In this document: positions 21,945 through 31,730 of the stretch, in pieces | Numbering within the stretch: position 1 is the stretch's first letter | How the letters are laid out: each line of letters starts with the position of its first letter | Source: Gemmatimonadaceae bacterium | Lineage (GTDB): Bacteria > Gemmatimonadota > Gemmatimonadetes > Gemmatimonadales > Gemmatimonadaceae | Assembly: GCA_035444005.1 (NCBI GenBank) | Contig: DAOMNV010000007.1 | Location: 11,604-75,603, forward strand | Reading direction: 5' to 3' | DNA length: 64,000 nt | Position numbers and translations under genes: made by a program | The notes under the pieces: model-generated | What the model was told of the DNA's origin: nothing | Databases searched by the model: none | What the model saw: only the letters and a program-made list of their open reading frames with translations

Positions 21945-22538
21945 ATGACCGAGCGCAAGGAATTCTGGTCTGCGAGTTACAAGCTTGGCGACCCGCGGGC
22001 GGATGAGCCGCCGCGCGGACGCAATCACGACGAGCGGCTACGGATGGTGCGCGAGCTCAGCGCGATGGGCTACCGCTGCGAGCTGACGCCGGATTTTCGT
22101 GATATGGTCGCGCAGTTCGTCGAAGAGGGCGTGCAGTTCCTGGTTGTTGGTGCGCACGCCCTGGCCATCCACGGGGTTCCGCGAGCGACTGGCGATCTCG
22201 ATTTGTTCGTCGCGGCGAACCCGGACAACGCGTCTCGCATCTGGCGCGCCCTGCTCAAGTTCGGAGCACCGGTGCAGGACCTCAAGTTTCGCCAAGCCGA
22301 TTTCGAGACTGAGGGCGAGGTGCATCAGCTCGGCCAGCCGCCCAACCGCATCGACATAATGACGGGCATCAGCGGCGTGCGCTTCGCCGAGGCGTGGGAG
22401 GCGCGCGTCGTCGGCAAGTTCGAGGGGCGCGACGTGGGCTTTCTCGGGCGCGAGCACCTCATCCAGAACAAGTCGTCCACAGGCCGCGGAAAGGACCGTG
22501 TGGACCTCGAGATGCTCGGCCCGCCGCTCGAGGACTGA
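21945..22538 (+). CDS. hypothetical protein, possible nucleotidyltransferase-fold (AbiEii-like) protein
   Basis: The motif GAHALAIHGVPRATGDLDLFV resembles the G-x-A...T-x-D-x-D signature of minimal nucleotidyltransferases. This assignment is by recall only. Confidence 0.35.
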   Translation: MTERKEFWSASYKLGDPRADEPPRGRNHDERLRMVRELSAMGYRCELTPDFRDMVAQFVEEGVQFLVVGAHALAIHGVPRATGDLDLFVAANPDNASRIWRALLKFGAPVQDLKFRQADFETEGEVHQLGQPPNRIDIMTGISGVRFAEAWEARVVGKFEGRDVGFLGREHLIQNKSSTGRGKDRVDLEMLGPPLED

Positions 22539-22554
22539 GCGGCGGTCACCGCGA

Positions 22555-24108
22555 TCACTCCGCGACGAACACATCCTTGGGCGCCCGCGCCCGCCTGAGC
22601 ACCTCGGCCGCCCGCAGCACCACCGCATCAGCCCGCACCTGCCGCCGCTGCGCGTAGGGCACGCCCCAGCCCTGGCGGGCGATCTCCTCGCCGAAGCGCC
22701 GGTCCACGAACGCCGCCGCCTCCTCGAAGCTCGACGCGTTCACGCGCAGCCCCATCGTGCGCAGCCGCGCCTGCAGGCGGCCGCGCCAGGCCGGGTTCAC
22801 CGTGAACAGCGAGTCGCGCACCGCGCCCTGCGCCAGCAGCGCGCGGGCCTCGGCCGTCAGCGCCTCGCGCCAACGCGGCACCTCGGCACCCAGTTCGGCG
22901 AGCAGCCGGCGCTCGGCCGGGTCCATCGTACTGTCGCCCACGGCGACGTCCGGCACGATGCCGCCGCCGCCGAACACCCGGCGGCCGCTGGCCGTGCGGA
23001 ACACCGGCCGCGCCGTGTCCGCGTCGGCGAGGCGGACTTCGTCGGGCGGCGCGACTTCGAGCGAACGGCCCAGCGGCGTGTACCAGCGCGCCTCCGTGAG
23101 CGAGATCGCCGCGCCGTTGTCGAGCGTGTACACCGTCTGCGCGCTGCCCTTGCCGTAGCTCACGCGGCCGAGCACGATCGCGCGGTCGTGGTCCTGCAGG
23201 GCGCCCGCGACGATCTCCGCCGCGCTGGCCGTCAACGGATTCACCAGCACCGCGATCGGCATCCCGCCCCAGCGCTCGGCCGTGGAATCCATGTACGTCT
23301 TGTTCGCGCCCTCGGCCCGGCCGCGCGTCGTCACGATCTGCTTGCCCGCCGGCAGGAAGAGATCGGCCACGCCCACGCCCTGCTCCAGCAAGCCGCCCGG
23401 GTTGCCGCGCAGGTCCAGCACCAGCGAGGTCGCACCCGCGCGGCGCAGCGAGTCCACCGTCGAGATCAGCTCCGCTTCCGTGGAATCGGAAAAGGTCGTG
23501 ACCGCCACGTAGCCCACGCCGCCGTCGAGCACCAGCGCGCGCGAGACCGCGCGGTTGCGGATGTCGGCGCGCTCGAGCGTGACCGCGATGCGCGTGCCGC
23601 CGCCGCGTTCCACGACGAGGCGCACCGTCGAACCCAGCGGGCCGCGGAGATTCTCGCGCGCTTCCTGCACGGTCCAGCCCTGCATCGACTTGCCGTCCAA
23701 TTCCACCAGTCTGTCGCCCGTCTGCAGCCCGGCCCGCTCCGCCGGCGAGCCCGCGCGCGGCTGCACCACCGTGATCCAGCCGTTGATGATGTCCACGCTC
23801 AGCCCCACGCCGCGGTAGGCGTTGGACGTCGAGAGACGCAGGCGCTCGAGGCGGTCGGCGGTGATGTAGGCCGAGTTCGGGTCACCGAGGTTGTCGAGCA
23901 TACCGGCGATCGCGCCCTGCCAGAGCGAGTCTTCGTCGACCGGCTCCACGTAGGAGCTGCGGACGCGCGCCATCACCGCGTCGAGGAGGCGCGCGCCTTC
24001 TTCGGAGCGGCGGCTATCGCGGTCGAGCGCGCGGCCGAGCAGCCAGGCGCCCGCGATGAAGGCCGCGGCGATCAGGACCGTGGGCGGCAGCAGGCGGAAG
24101 CGGTTCAC
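22555..24108 (-). CDS. ctp: carboxyl-terminal processing peptidase (S41A)
   Basis: PDZ domain plus S41 core (LVLDLRGNPGGLLEQGVGVADLFL). GTG start at 24108 overlaps the tmk stop as GTGA. Confidence 0.85.
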   Translation of the reverse strand: MNRFRLLPPTVLIAAAFIAGAWLLGRALDRDSRRSEEGARLLDAVMARVRSSYVEPVDEDSLWQGAIAGMLDNLGDPNSAYITADRLERLRLSTSNAYRGVGLSVDIINGWITVVQPRAGSPAERAGLQTGDRLVELDGKSMQGWTVQEARENLRGPLGSTVRLVVERGGGTRIAVTLERADIRNRAVSRALVLDGGVGYVAVTTFSDSTEAELISTVDSLRRAGATSLVLDLRGNPGGLLEQGVGVADLFLPAGKQIVTTRGRAEGANKTYMDSTAERWGGMPIAVLVNPLTASAAEIVAGALQDHDRAIVLGRVSYGKGSAQTVYTLDNGAAISLTEARWYTPLGRSLEVAPPDEVRLADADTARPVFRTASGRRVFGGGGIVPDVAVGDSTMDPAERRLLAELGAEVPRWREALTAEARALLAQGAVRDSLFTVNPAWRGRLQARLRTMGLRVNASSFEEAAAFVDRRFGEEIARQGWGVPYAQRRQVRADAVVLRAAEVLRRARAPKDVFVAE

Positions 24109-24773
24109 GCGCGATTCCCCGCACGGTTGAGCAGCGCCGGGCAATGCTCGGCGATGGCTTCGTGCACGCGCTCCTCAACCTGCTCCGGCGTGCCCGAGGC
24201 GTCCACCGCCACGATCTTCCCGCACTCCGGGTGCGCGCGCTGCCAGCTCGGCTCCGCGAACTGGTCGAAGGCCGCCGAGACGCGGTCGTGGAAGCCCCGC
24301 TCCGCGCGTTCGAAGCGGTCGGCCTCGCCCCGCTTGCCCGCGCGGTCCAGGCCTTCGGTGACGGGCAGTCGCAGGAGGATTGTGAGGTCCGGCACGAGGC
24401 CTTGGGTGGCGAGTTCGTTGGCCGCGCGCAGCTCGCGCTGCGGCAGGCCGCGGCCGTGGATCTGGTACGCGTACGTCGACAGCAGAAAGCGATCGAGCAG
24501 GATGTGCTGCCCCGCCGCCAAGGCCGGCTTCACCACCGTGTGCACCAGTTGCGCGCGCGAGGCCACGAAGAGCGTGGCTTCAGCCGCCGGCGCCAGTGGC
24601 AGATCCGAATGCAGCAGGATCTCGCGGATGCGGTCGCCGACCGGCGTGCCACCCGGCTCGCGGTACACCGCGTGGTTCACGCCGCTGGCCGCAAGACGCG
24701 CCGAGAGGCGCTGGAGCTGGGTGGACTTCCCCGCTCCCTCGCCTCCCTCGAAGACCAGCAGGTGGCCGCGCAA
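24105..24773 (-). CDS. tmk: thymidylate kinase
   Basis: (M)RGHLLVFEGGEGAGKSTQLQRLS... contains the P-loop. TTG start. Confidence 0.85.
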   Translation of the reverse strand: MRGHLLVFEGGEGAGKSTQLQRLSARLAASGVNHAVYREPGGTPVGDRIREILLHSDLPLAPAAEATLFVASRAQLVHTVVKPALAAGQHILLDRFLLSTYAYQIHGRGLPQRELRAANELATQGLVPDLTILLRLPVTEGLDRAGKRGEADRFERAERGFHDRVSAAFDQFAEPSWQRAHPECGKIVAVDASGTPEQVEERVHEAIAEHCPALLNRAGNRA

Positions 24774-24783
24774 GCGTGCGAAC

Positions 24784-25137
24784 TCAGCCCAGCGTGATGA
24801 TCGGGCTCGCCGCGCCCTTCTTGATGCCCTCGAGCATCCACTGATTCACCTGCTGCATCACCTTGTCGAAGTTCTCGTTCGCCGCGATGAAGCGCTGGTA
24901 GAGCGCGTTCGTCTGGACCGAGCCGAGGAGCTGTTCGAGCTGCTCTTCCATCTTCGGCGTCGGCGAGGAGCCCGCCTGGATGAGCGCTTCCGCGTCGCGG
25001 CGGAGGGTTTCCATCGCCTGCAGCGCCTCGACGAGCTGCTTGTCGTCGTTGAGGGCTTCGTTGGCGCGCTTCACGGCCTGGTACTCCGCGGACTGGCCGA
25101 TCAGCCGGCCCAGTTCGACAGCCTTGTCTTGCAGCAT
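24784..25137 (-). CDS. YlbF/YmcA-like (UPF0342) helical protein
   Basis: 117-aa helical protein with a YlbF-like pattern (LGRLIGQSAEYQAVKRANEALNDDKQLVEALQAMETL). Confidence 0.5.
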   Translation of the reverse strand: MLQDKAVELGRLIGQSAEYQAVKRANEALNDDKQLVEALQAMETLRRDAEALIQAGSSPTPKMEEQLEQLLGSVQTNALYQRFIAANENFDKVMQQVNQWMLEGIKKGAASPIITLG

Positions 25138-25141
25138 CTAA

Positions 25142-26038
25142 TCACCGCTCCTTTCGCCGGGCCAGCACAAAGCGCGGGCGTCCGGTCAGGTCGAGTCTAT
25201 GTTCGACGTCCGTGAATCGGGCGTCCTGTTGGACCGCCTGCACGGCGAGATCCGTGCGTCGGCTGTCCACTTCCATCGCGAGTAATCCGCCAGGCTGGAG
25301 GATGTCTCCCGCTTGGGCGATGAGCCGTTTGATGACTGCCATCCCGTTGTCGTCGGCGAAGAGGGCCGAGTGGGGCTCCCAGTCGCGGACTTTGGGGGGC
25401 AGGTCGGGCAGCTCAGCTGGGGAAATATAGGGGGGATTGCTGACGACGGCTTCTACTTGTGGGGCTGGGTTTTCGGGGGTGTTTTGGGCCCATTCCTGGG
25501 AGAGGAGTGGGGTGAGGAGGTCGCCGGCTCTGAAGTCGAGCTTGGGTCGCTTGTCTTCGGGGATGGCCTTGAGGTTGCTCTTAGCGACTTCTAGGGCCTT
25601 TTCGGAGATGTCGGTGGCGATGACTTGCTCGAAGGCGCTCTCGGCGGCTAGGGCTAGGGCGATGGCGCCTGAGCCTGTTCCCACGTCCACCACGGTGCCT
25701 TTGCCGCCTCGCTGGGCGGCGATCACGAGGTCGACTAGGAGCTCGGTTTCGGGTCGGGGGATCAGGGTGTCAGGGGTGACCCTTAGTGTGAGATGGCGGA
25801 AGGGGGCTTTGCCGACGGCGTATTGGAGGGGCATACCCTGTTTTAGCTTGCTCGCCGCTTCTTGGATGGCTTGGAGCTCGGCTTCCGTAAGCTCGCAGTC
25901 TGGGTTGGCGGAGGGCCAGAAGCGGGGCTTGTCGAGGACCCAGGCGATTAGGTCACGGGCTTGGGCGCGGGCGGGGGGGGTGCCGGGGCGGACTAGGGTG
26001 GTCGCGAGGTTGTCGAGGGTGGTGGCGAGGGTGGGCAT
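25142..26038 (-). CDS. prmC: release-factor glutamine N5-methyltransferase PrmC/HemK
   Basis: MPTLATTLDN... start; SAM-binding motif VVDVGTGSGAIAL; catalytic motif NPPY (VVSNPPYIS). Confidence 0.85.
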   Translation of the reverse strand: MPTLATTLDNLATTLVRPGTPPARAQARDLIAWVLDKPRFWPSANPDCELTEAELQAIQEAASKLKQGMPLQYAVGKAPFRHLTLRVTPDTLIPRPETELLVDLVIAAQRGGKGTVVDVGTGSGAIALALAAESAFEQVIATDISEKALEVAKSNLKAIPEDKRPKLDFRAGDLLTPLLSQEWAQNTPENPAPQVEAVVSNPPYISPAELPDLPPKVRDWEPHSALFADDNGMAVIKRLIAQAGDILQPGGLLAMEVDSRRTDLAVQAVQQDARFTDVEHRLDLTGRPRFVLARRKER

Positions 26039-26386
26039 CGGACGGAAGTTACTCTGATACCGCGCAAATCGGCCTAGGCTGGGTTGCTTCGGCGGCGCAC
26101 GGGGTGAGTATTCTGGCGCGCACTCGTCGGCAAATGGCAGTGGCGCGGCGTGATACTGCTCTGTTCTCGCAGCACAATCCACGTTGTGCGGACAGCATGC
26201 AGAAGGGTGTGCCGACACGATGTCGGGTCGGAATCATCGCGATGCATATGCCTTTGCTAGCACGATTCCAACGCCTCTGCACTTCGCATGCGTTTCGCAC
26301 CTGTGAGCGTCGTGGATGCGAGCGCGACCTAGATATTCCGCAGCCGGACTGCTTACGGCAGTGATGAACCCTCTTTCCACCCTCGC

Positions 26387-27232
26387 TTGTCCACCGCGCC
26401 ACTAAGCATTGCCACGGTCCCTGTCGACGCGCACTGCACTGGCAGTCGTTGGGTCGTGAGCGACGACAAGAGTCTCGCTCGCATCATCGCATACGTCGCG
26501 ATGGGCCATGCGACTCATGCTGCCAACATCCTCAGTGCCCTCACCGAGACATCGCCGGACATTGCTCATCCCGCATTGGTGCTGGCGGCAATTCGAAAGT
26601 TGACTGTCAATGACGCTCCCGGAGCTCCCTCTGAGGGAGTGCCCACCGTTCACAGGGACGGATTCGTTTTCCAGGTGATTTCGTGGGCAGCCGCGCAGCA
26701 AGAGCATGGCGGTTCAGTGCTAATCAGAGACCCGCATTCTTCCGCAACCGCCCAGGGTATTGATGGACTTATGTTGGAGCTATCTGAAGACCGGTCAACG
26801 ATTCACCTAACGACAATCTTTGAAGACAAGTGTACTGAGCATCAAAGACGGACTTTTATGCGGGAGGTTCTCCCGACATTTTCAGCCTTTCACCAGAACC
26901 TGCGCAGCCCTGACCTTGTCGCAACGGCCTCAGGGCTTCTTCGCTGGGCAGGCATCCCTGCCACAGCTGTGCCTCTCATGGCGGCCACAGTACTGGATCC
27001 GCAGGCACGTCGATATCGGGCCGCATTCGCCATTGAGCCTGACTTTGACAGCCAGCAGCGCCGCGCCACGCTCTTTGCCAACTATGACAATCTACAGGGG
27101 CTGACGGCTATACAGCGCGTTGGAGCGACGCTCGTAGTATCGACGCCACTTCGTGCGTGGTTCGCGACACTGGCCGCAACCGCCTGCGAGTATCTGCGGT
27201 CTCTACCTGAAGGGAGTCCTCGCGGTGTTTGA
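26387..27232 (+). CDS. hypothetical protein, candidate HamA-like (DUF1837-like) nuclease partner of the downstream helicase
   Basis: 281 aa, TTG start. A possible PD-(D/E)xK-like arrangement (IDGLMLELSED ... IFEDKC) is present. The gene overlaps the next gene. Homology was not verified. Confidence 0.4.
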   Translation: MSTAPLSIATVPVDAHCTGSRWVVSDDKSLARIIAYVAMGHATHAANILSALTETSPDIAHPALVLAAIRKLTVNDAPGAPSEGVPTVHRDGFVFQVISWAAAQQEHGGSVLIRDPHSSATAQGIDGLMLELSEDRSTIHLTTIFEDKCTEHQRRTFMREVLPTFSAFHQNLRSPDLVATASGLLRWAGIPATAVPLMAATVLDPQARRYRAAFAIEPDFDSQQRRATLFANYDNLQGLTAIQRVGATLVVSTPLRAWFATLAATACEYLRSLPEGSPRGV

Positions 27233-30200
27233 CCCCATTTCAAGCGCGATGCTTCGCGGGGCTCCCGCTGTACCCGGACTTAGTGCAGCGGACATTCCCG
27301 CCTTACTGACTCGGCACTACGCGCGTCTTGTCTCGGCGCGACTGCGCGGTAGCTCACTAACCACCTTTGCCGCCAATGATCAATGGCCGCCGCAGCGCAT
27401 AGCCGATGTATACGAAATTGTGGCATCCCTCGGTGAGGATAGGCCCGCACGCATCGCTGCCGCATTTGTTGCCGCCACCGCTCATCAGGTTATGGCCTCT
27501 GCAAATGCCACAGGCGCTGTCGGTGAGCTTGGCGGCGCAACTGTTTCCCGCGACTCGGTTGACTCCTCCCTTGCCGCCGCGTTGCTCTTCCTTTTAGCTG
27601 AACAGTACGCGGACGCTTACGAAGCCGCACGCACCATTCCCTCAGCGGGTGCGGCAGATCGCTCCGCTGCAGCTCTACTTGCTGAGAACATCGCGTCACT
27701 TGCACGCGGGCAACTTAGAGCCATTCTCGCGAGAGCTGAGAGCCGGTCGACAACATTTCCTAGCGAACTCGACATCGAGGCTGGGGCGCTTTCGGCGCTG
27801 CTTGGCGCCCTAAACGATGGAGTTGAACTGCTCGCTTCGGAGGTCTTGGACGAATCTGGGATTGTTGGCGCCAGGGCGCGCTTTCAGTCCTCGGCTGAAG
27901 CGTTTAACACGGTCCTCGGACTCTCTCAAGGCGAGGAAGCCCGCATCGGGGAGACCGTCTTCCCTCATAGCTCTTACCCCGGTCCCGCTCACCTTGCAGC
28001 GCTTCTGCTGGCGGCCTCTGACTCAATAAGTGGAGCGGCATTGGTTCGCCTCGCACCACCGGACGGGGCGGAAGGGCGCTACTGGAAGCGATGGATAAGG
28101 TTTCGCGCGGAGCGCGCGCCCTTCTTGTGGCCCAATCATCGCACCGCCGTCGATCGCGGTTTCCTGTCTCTCGGCAGTTCGGCAGTTCTTGTTCTGCCCA
28201 CTGGGGCCGGAAAGACGACAGTGTCGTCCTTGAAGATTGCCGCAACCCTCGCTCGAGGGCAGAAGGTCATATTTCTGGCGCCAACGCACGCTCTCGTCGA
28301 GCAGCTTGTCGACGATTTGCAACAGATGTTCCCGCAGGACCTCACTGGCTCTGCAGTGTCGAGCGACTTTGACAGCCTGTTTCAGACGGGGCGAGAGCTT
28401 CGCGACATAGAGGTCATGACGCCAGAGCGATGCCTGGCAATGCTATCGTTTGCTCCCGAGGCATTTGCGAACCTCGGTCTGCTGGTCTTTGATGAATGCC
28501 ACCTGCTGGCCCCTTACGGAGACAGAGTAAGGCGGTCCATGGACGCCATGCTTTGCCTGCTCGGCCTGGTCCGTGTCGCGCCGTCAGCAGATTTGCTCTT
28601 CCTTTCAGCGATGCTTAAGGAAGCCGAGGCTTTCTCTGACTGGGTAGCCGCCCTCACGGGGCGCACCTGCCTTTGCGTTGATCTTCTCTGGAAGCCGAGT
28701 CGGCAGGCGAGAGGCGTACTGATTTACAGTGACGCTGATGTTGCCTCTGCTGAGAAGAGAGCTCTCAGCATCCAGAGGCAGATTGACAAGCAAACGGGCA
28801 AGCGCGCGAAGGGCCTTCGCTCTAAGGCCGCAGAGCATCTTGCCTTGCCAGCGTATGCCCTTTGGGGACTTCAGCATAACTGGCTTCAGGAAGATTCACT
28901 CCGGTGCAGCATTCGCGCGGTACTCGACACTCCTGTCTTGCTGACTGGCCAGCTCGGCCGGGGCACCATTCGCTTGAAGCCGAACGCCAACCACGTTGCT
29001 TCACGAGTCGCGGTGTCTGCCGTGAAGGTCGGTTTAAAAGCCATTGTGTTTGTCAACACCAAAGACGACGCACTCTCCGTAGCGCGTAGCATTTCTGCAG
29101 AGCTTCCCACGGCGGAGCGATTGACTGCACTTGAGCCAGAGCGTTGGTCCGCATTGGAAACAGAGCTTGGCGGCCTAATGCACTCGGTACTTTCACCCGA
29201 TGCAGCCGCTGTTCCACACAATGCGTCAATGATTCGGCTTGAGCGCGATCTGGCAGAGCGTCTGTATCGTCACCCCCGCGGTGCAGCGGCAATTGTCGCG
29301 ACTCCGACACTTGCACAGGGCCTCAATTTACCAGCGCACATTGCGATTCTTGCAGGAGACAAACGCGCTGACTCTACCGGCACTGGGCGATCGGAACTGG
29401 AAGCGCATGAGCTGCTGAACGCGGCGGCGCGTGCGGGGCGCGCTGGCCATGTCGCAAATGGAGTAGTACTCCTCATTCCTGAGCCTCCAATCACCTTCGA
29501 GGCTAAGGAGAAAGCGCTCGGACCGGTCGCAATGCAGAAGTTGAAGTCGATTCTTCCGGATGACGACCGTTGCGTGGCCATTTCCGACCCTCTTCAGTTG
29601 ATACTTGATAGGCTTTCCGAAGGTACGGAGCTCGACGCGGATAGCCGCTACCTTGTGAGCCGAATGATGGGCTTCCGTGCGACCGGCCAAGATGGATCGC
29701 CAGCGGCGCCCTTCGACATTCGGCGTTCGCTAGGAGCATTTGTCGCTCGCATTGAAGGAAGCGAAGAGCGTTTCGAGCGCGGAGTCCTTGCGCTCAGTGC
29801 GGCCGTAGACAACGCTCTTGCTAGCGTTTCCGATGAGCGAGTCGCTTCCCTGGCATCCCTTACTGGTCTTCCATTGGATGTCCTCGAGCGCCTGTTAGGT
29901 CGCCTCTCTGCCGGCGATGCAGCGCTTCCTGATTCAATAGATGCCTGGATTGACTGGACATTCTCCTGGCTTGACTCCGACGTCGAAGCGCGTTCCAGTC
30001 TTCTGGGCGATCTCAGTGGTTCAGTCCGTGCATCTTGCGGCCTTAGCCGATCAGGCGCAGTCTCCGCTGCCGAGCTAAGGATTGTCGCGGCCGGTCTCCG
30101 TGCCTGGGTTCACGGCGCACCCCTCTCGCAGATCGAAACTGCGCTCGGCGGCAACCCGTTCGCTGGCCCATCCTCCGCAAGCCTATGCCCGAGAGCCAGA

Positions 30201-30446
30201 GAACTCGTCGGCACCGTGATTCCTCGCGGCATTTCGTTCATCGTGAGTATCGTTTCTCATCTTGCACGCACGACAGTTGACGGCGCAGGACAGCAGGACC
30301 TCGTCCGCGACACATTGGACGTCTTGGCGACCTGCGTGCGACGTGGTTTCGACTCTGCCGATATGCTTCGCTTCGCGAACGATAATCCTTCAGTACTCTC
30401 TCGCGTTCAGCTTCATAGGCTCTACCATCAGGCAGGAGCTCAGTAG
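27225..30446 (+). CDS. SF2 DExH-box helicase with about 290-aa N-terminal extension, HamB (Hachiman)-like
   Basis: Helicase motifs are present: Walker A LPTGAGKT, DECH, motif III-like SAM, motif VI ARAGRAGH. Total length is about 1070 aa. The start could be GTG 27225 or ATG 27249 (the six-frame track ORF starts at 27153). Confidence 0.6.
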   Translation: MFDPISSAMLRGAPAVPGLSAADIPALLTRHYARLVSARLRGSSLTTFAANDQWPPQRIADVYEIVASLGEDRPARIAAAFVAATAHQVMASANATGAVGELGGATVSRDSVDSSLAAALLFLLAEQYADAYEAARTIPSAGAADRSAAALLAENIASLARGQLRAILARAESRSTTFPSELDIEAGALSALLGALNDGVELLASEVLDESGIVGARARFQSSAEAFNTVLGLSQGEEARIGETVFPHSSYPGPAHLAALLLAASDSISGAALVRLAPPDGAEGRYWKRWIRFRAERAPFLWPNHRTAVDRGFLSLGSSAVLVLPTGAGKTTVSSLKIAATLARGQKVIFLAPTHALVEQLVDDLQQMFPQDLTGSAVSSDFDSLFQTGRELRDIEVMTPERCLAMLSFAPEAFANLGLLVFDECHLLAPYGDRVRRSMDAMLCLLGLVRVAPSADLLFLSAMLKEAEAFSDWVAALTGRTCLCVDLLWKPSRQARGVLIYSDADVASAEKRALSIQRQIDKQTGKRAKGLRSKAAEHLALPAYALWGLQHNWLQEDSLRCSIRAVLDTPVLLTGQLGRGTIRLKPNANHVASRVAVSAVKVGLKAIVFVNTKDDALSVARSISAELPTAERLTALEPERWSALETELGGLMHSVLSPDAAAVPHNASMIRLERDLAERLYRHPRGAAAIVATPTLAQGLNLPAHIAILAGDKRADSTGTGRSELEAHELLNAAARAGRAGHVANGVVLLIPEPPITFEAKEKALGPVAMQKLKSILPDDDRCVAISDPLQLILDRLSEGTELDADSRYLVSRMMGFRATGQDGSPAAPFDIRRSLGAFVARIEGSEERFERGVLALSAAVDNALASVSDERVASLASLTGLPLDVLERLLGRLSAGDAALPDSIDAWIDWTFSWLDSDVEARSSLLGDLSGSVRASCGLSRSGAVSAAELRIVAAGLRAWVHGAPLSQIETALGGNPFAGPSSASLCPRARELVGTVIPRGISFIVSIVSHLARTTVDGAGQQDLVRDTLDVLATCVRRGFDSADMLRFANDNPSVLSRVQLHRLYHQAGAQ

Positions 30447-30616
30447 CCGAGGTGGTGCGGGTGCCGCACAACGAAGCTTGCTGCTGATGAACGCGGTGTG
30501 GACTGGGCTTGGCGGGGCGTCCGCGATTAGGCAAGCTGGTTGCGAACGCCCCGCCAACCCCTTCTTATTGAGCGTTCACAGCAGAAGCACACGTTATACG
30601 GCCCAGACAGGGCCCG

Positions 30617-30898
30617 TTGAACGCGGGCTCTTCCCACCTCCAAAGCCTAGGATTCTGCCCGGTGACTTCAGACGACGACTTTGCGCTGATTGTGCCTCGC
30701 CACGGCGAACCGGTGATTGTCGAGCCGGGTGATGACCTTTCCGAATACGTGGGCTCGCAGCTCTCCACCCGGCGACGGGCAGTCGCGCTTAAGTCTGGCC
30801 GGAGCGTCACGGGCACCATCTACGCTATCCGTGAACTGAGTGGAGAGGATGAGATCGCGATTGAGGTGCTGGTCAACGAGTTCTTTGCGAAGGCGTAG
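30617..30898 (+). CDS. small acidic hypothetical protein (93 aa or shorter)
   Basis: Balanced, non-Arg-rich composition in a low-GC spacer. The ORF precedes the HTH-DUF433 gene. It could be spurious. Confidence 0.25.
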   Translation: MNAGSSHLQSLGFCPVTSDDDFALIVPRHGEPVIVEPGDDLSEYVGSQLSTRRRAVALKSGRSVTGTIYAIRELSGEDEIAIEVLVNEFFAKA

Positions 30899-31028
30899 CG
30901 AAAGCGTGGGAATGACTGTCCCCTTCCCGCGCTGTCCCGGTCGACGACGCGAGGCGCGAACCTCAGTGCCCGTGACGCCATGCGACACACGTGCGTATTT
31001 TCCATAGGAACGCCACCGCACCCTCCCT

Positions 31029-31730
31029 ATGGTAGCCTCGAGATTCAAGTACATCGGCCGCGGCGTCTACTCGTTGCCTGACGCGGAGCGGCTCACCGGC
31101 GTCCCGCGCCGGAGCATTCGGCGGTGGACGTCGGGCTATAGGTGGGTGTACCGAGGTCGCCCTCGCTACTCCCCTCCGGTCATCGGCGCAGACCTGGCTG
31201 AAATATTTGGTGCCCCGGCTCTCGATTTTGCTGACTTGATCGAGGTTCGCTTCCTTCAGGCGTTCCTTAACAAAGGTGTGAGCTGGAAGACGATCCGGAT
31301 CGCCTCTGAGCGCGCGAAAGAGGTGCTCGGCGCTCGTCATCCATTCTCCCACAGGAAGTTCAGCACAGACGGGCGCAACATCCTGGCAGAACTCGCGCGC
31401 GCTGAGGATGATCCTGTGCTGCTTGACTTGGTCCGAGATCAGTACGAACTCAATCGCCTCGTCTCACAGCACCTTTTCGGCGAGATCGATTTTGGACCTG
31501 ACGACGCCCCATCCGTCTGGTATCCGCTAGGGAAGTCGCAGCGCGTAGTTGTAGATCCCCGCCGTGCTCTGGGTGCGCCGATCATCGCATCGGTTGGCAT
31601 TCCTACTGCTGTCCTTGCGCAGTCCGCAGAGGCTGAGGGCTCGGTCACGGTTGTTGCCGATATGTTCGGCATTGAGGTCGCCGACGTGCTTGATGCTGTC
31701 AACTACGAGACCTCTCGTTCGAGCCGGTGA
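31029..31730 (+). CDS. HTH domain + C-terminal DUF433 protein (putative antitoxin-like component)
   Basis: N-terminal excisionase/MerR-like HTH (YSLPDAERLTGVPRRSIRRW). The C-terminus (RRALGAPIIASVGIPTAVLAQSAEAEGSVTVVADMFGIEVADVLDAVNYE) matches the DUF433 pattern. It overlaps the next gene by 4 nt. Confidence 0.55.
   Translation: MVASRFKYIGRGVYSLPDAERLTGVPRRSIRRWTSGYRWVYRGRPRYSPPVIGADLAEIFGAPALDFADLIEVRFLQAFLNKGVSWKTIRIASERAKEVLGARHPFSHRKFSTDGRNILAELARAEDDPVLLDLVRDQYELNRLVSQHLFGEIDFGPDDAPSVWYPLGKSQRVVVDPRRALGAPIIASVGIPTAVLAQSAEAEGSVTVVADMFGIEVADVLDAVNYETSRSSR

Noticed and set aside
26040-26390. tRNA or integrase at the left island border
   Set aside because: No cloverleaf-compatible sequence was spotted, and there is no tyrosine/serine recombinase ORF in any frame. 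The island boundary is therefore defined only by gene content and composition.
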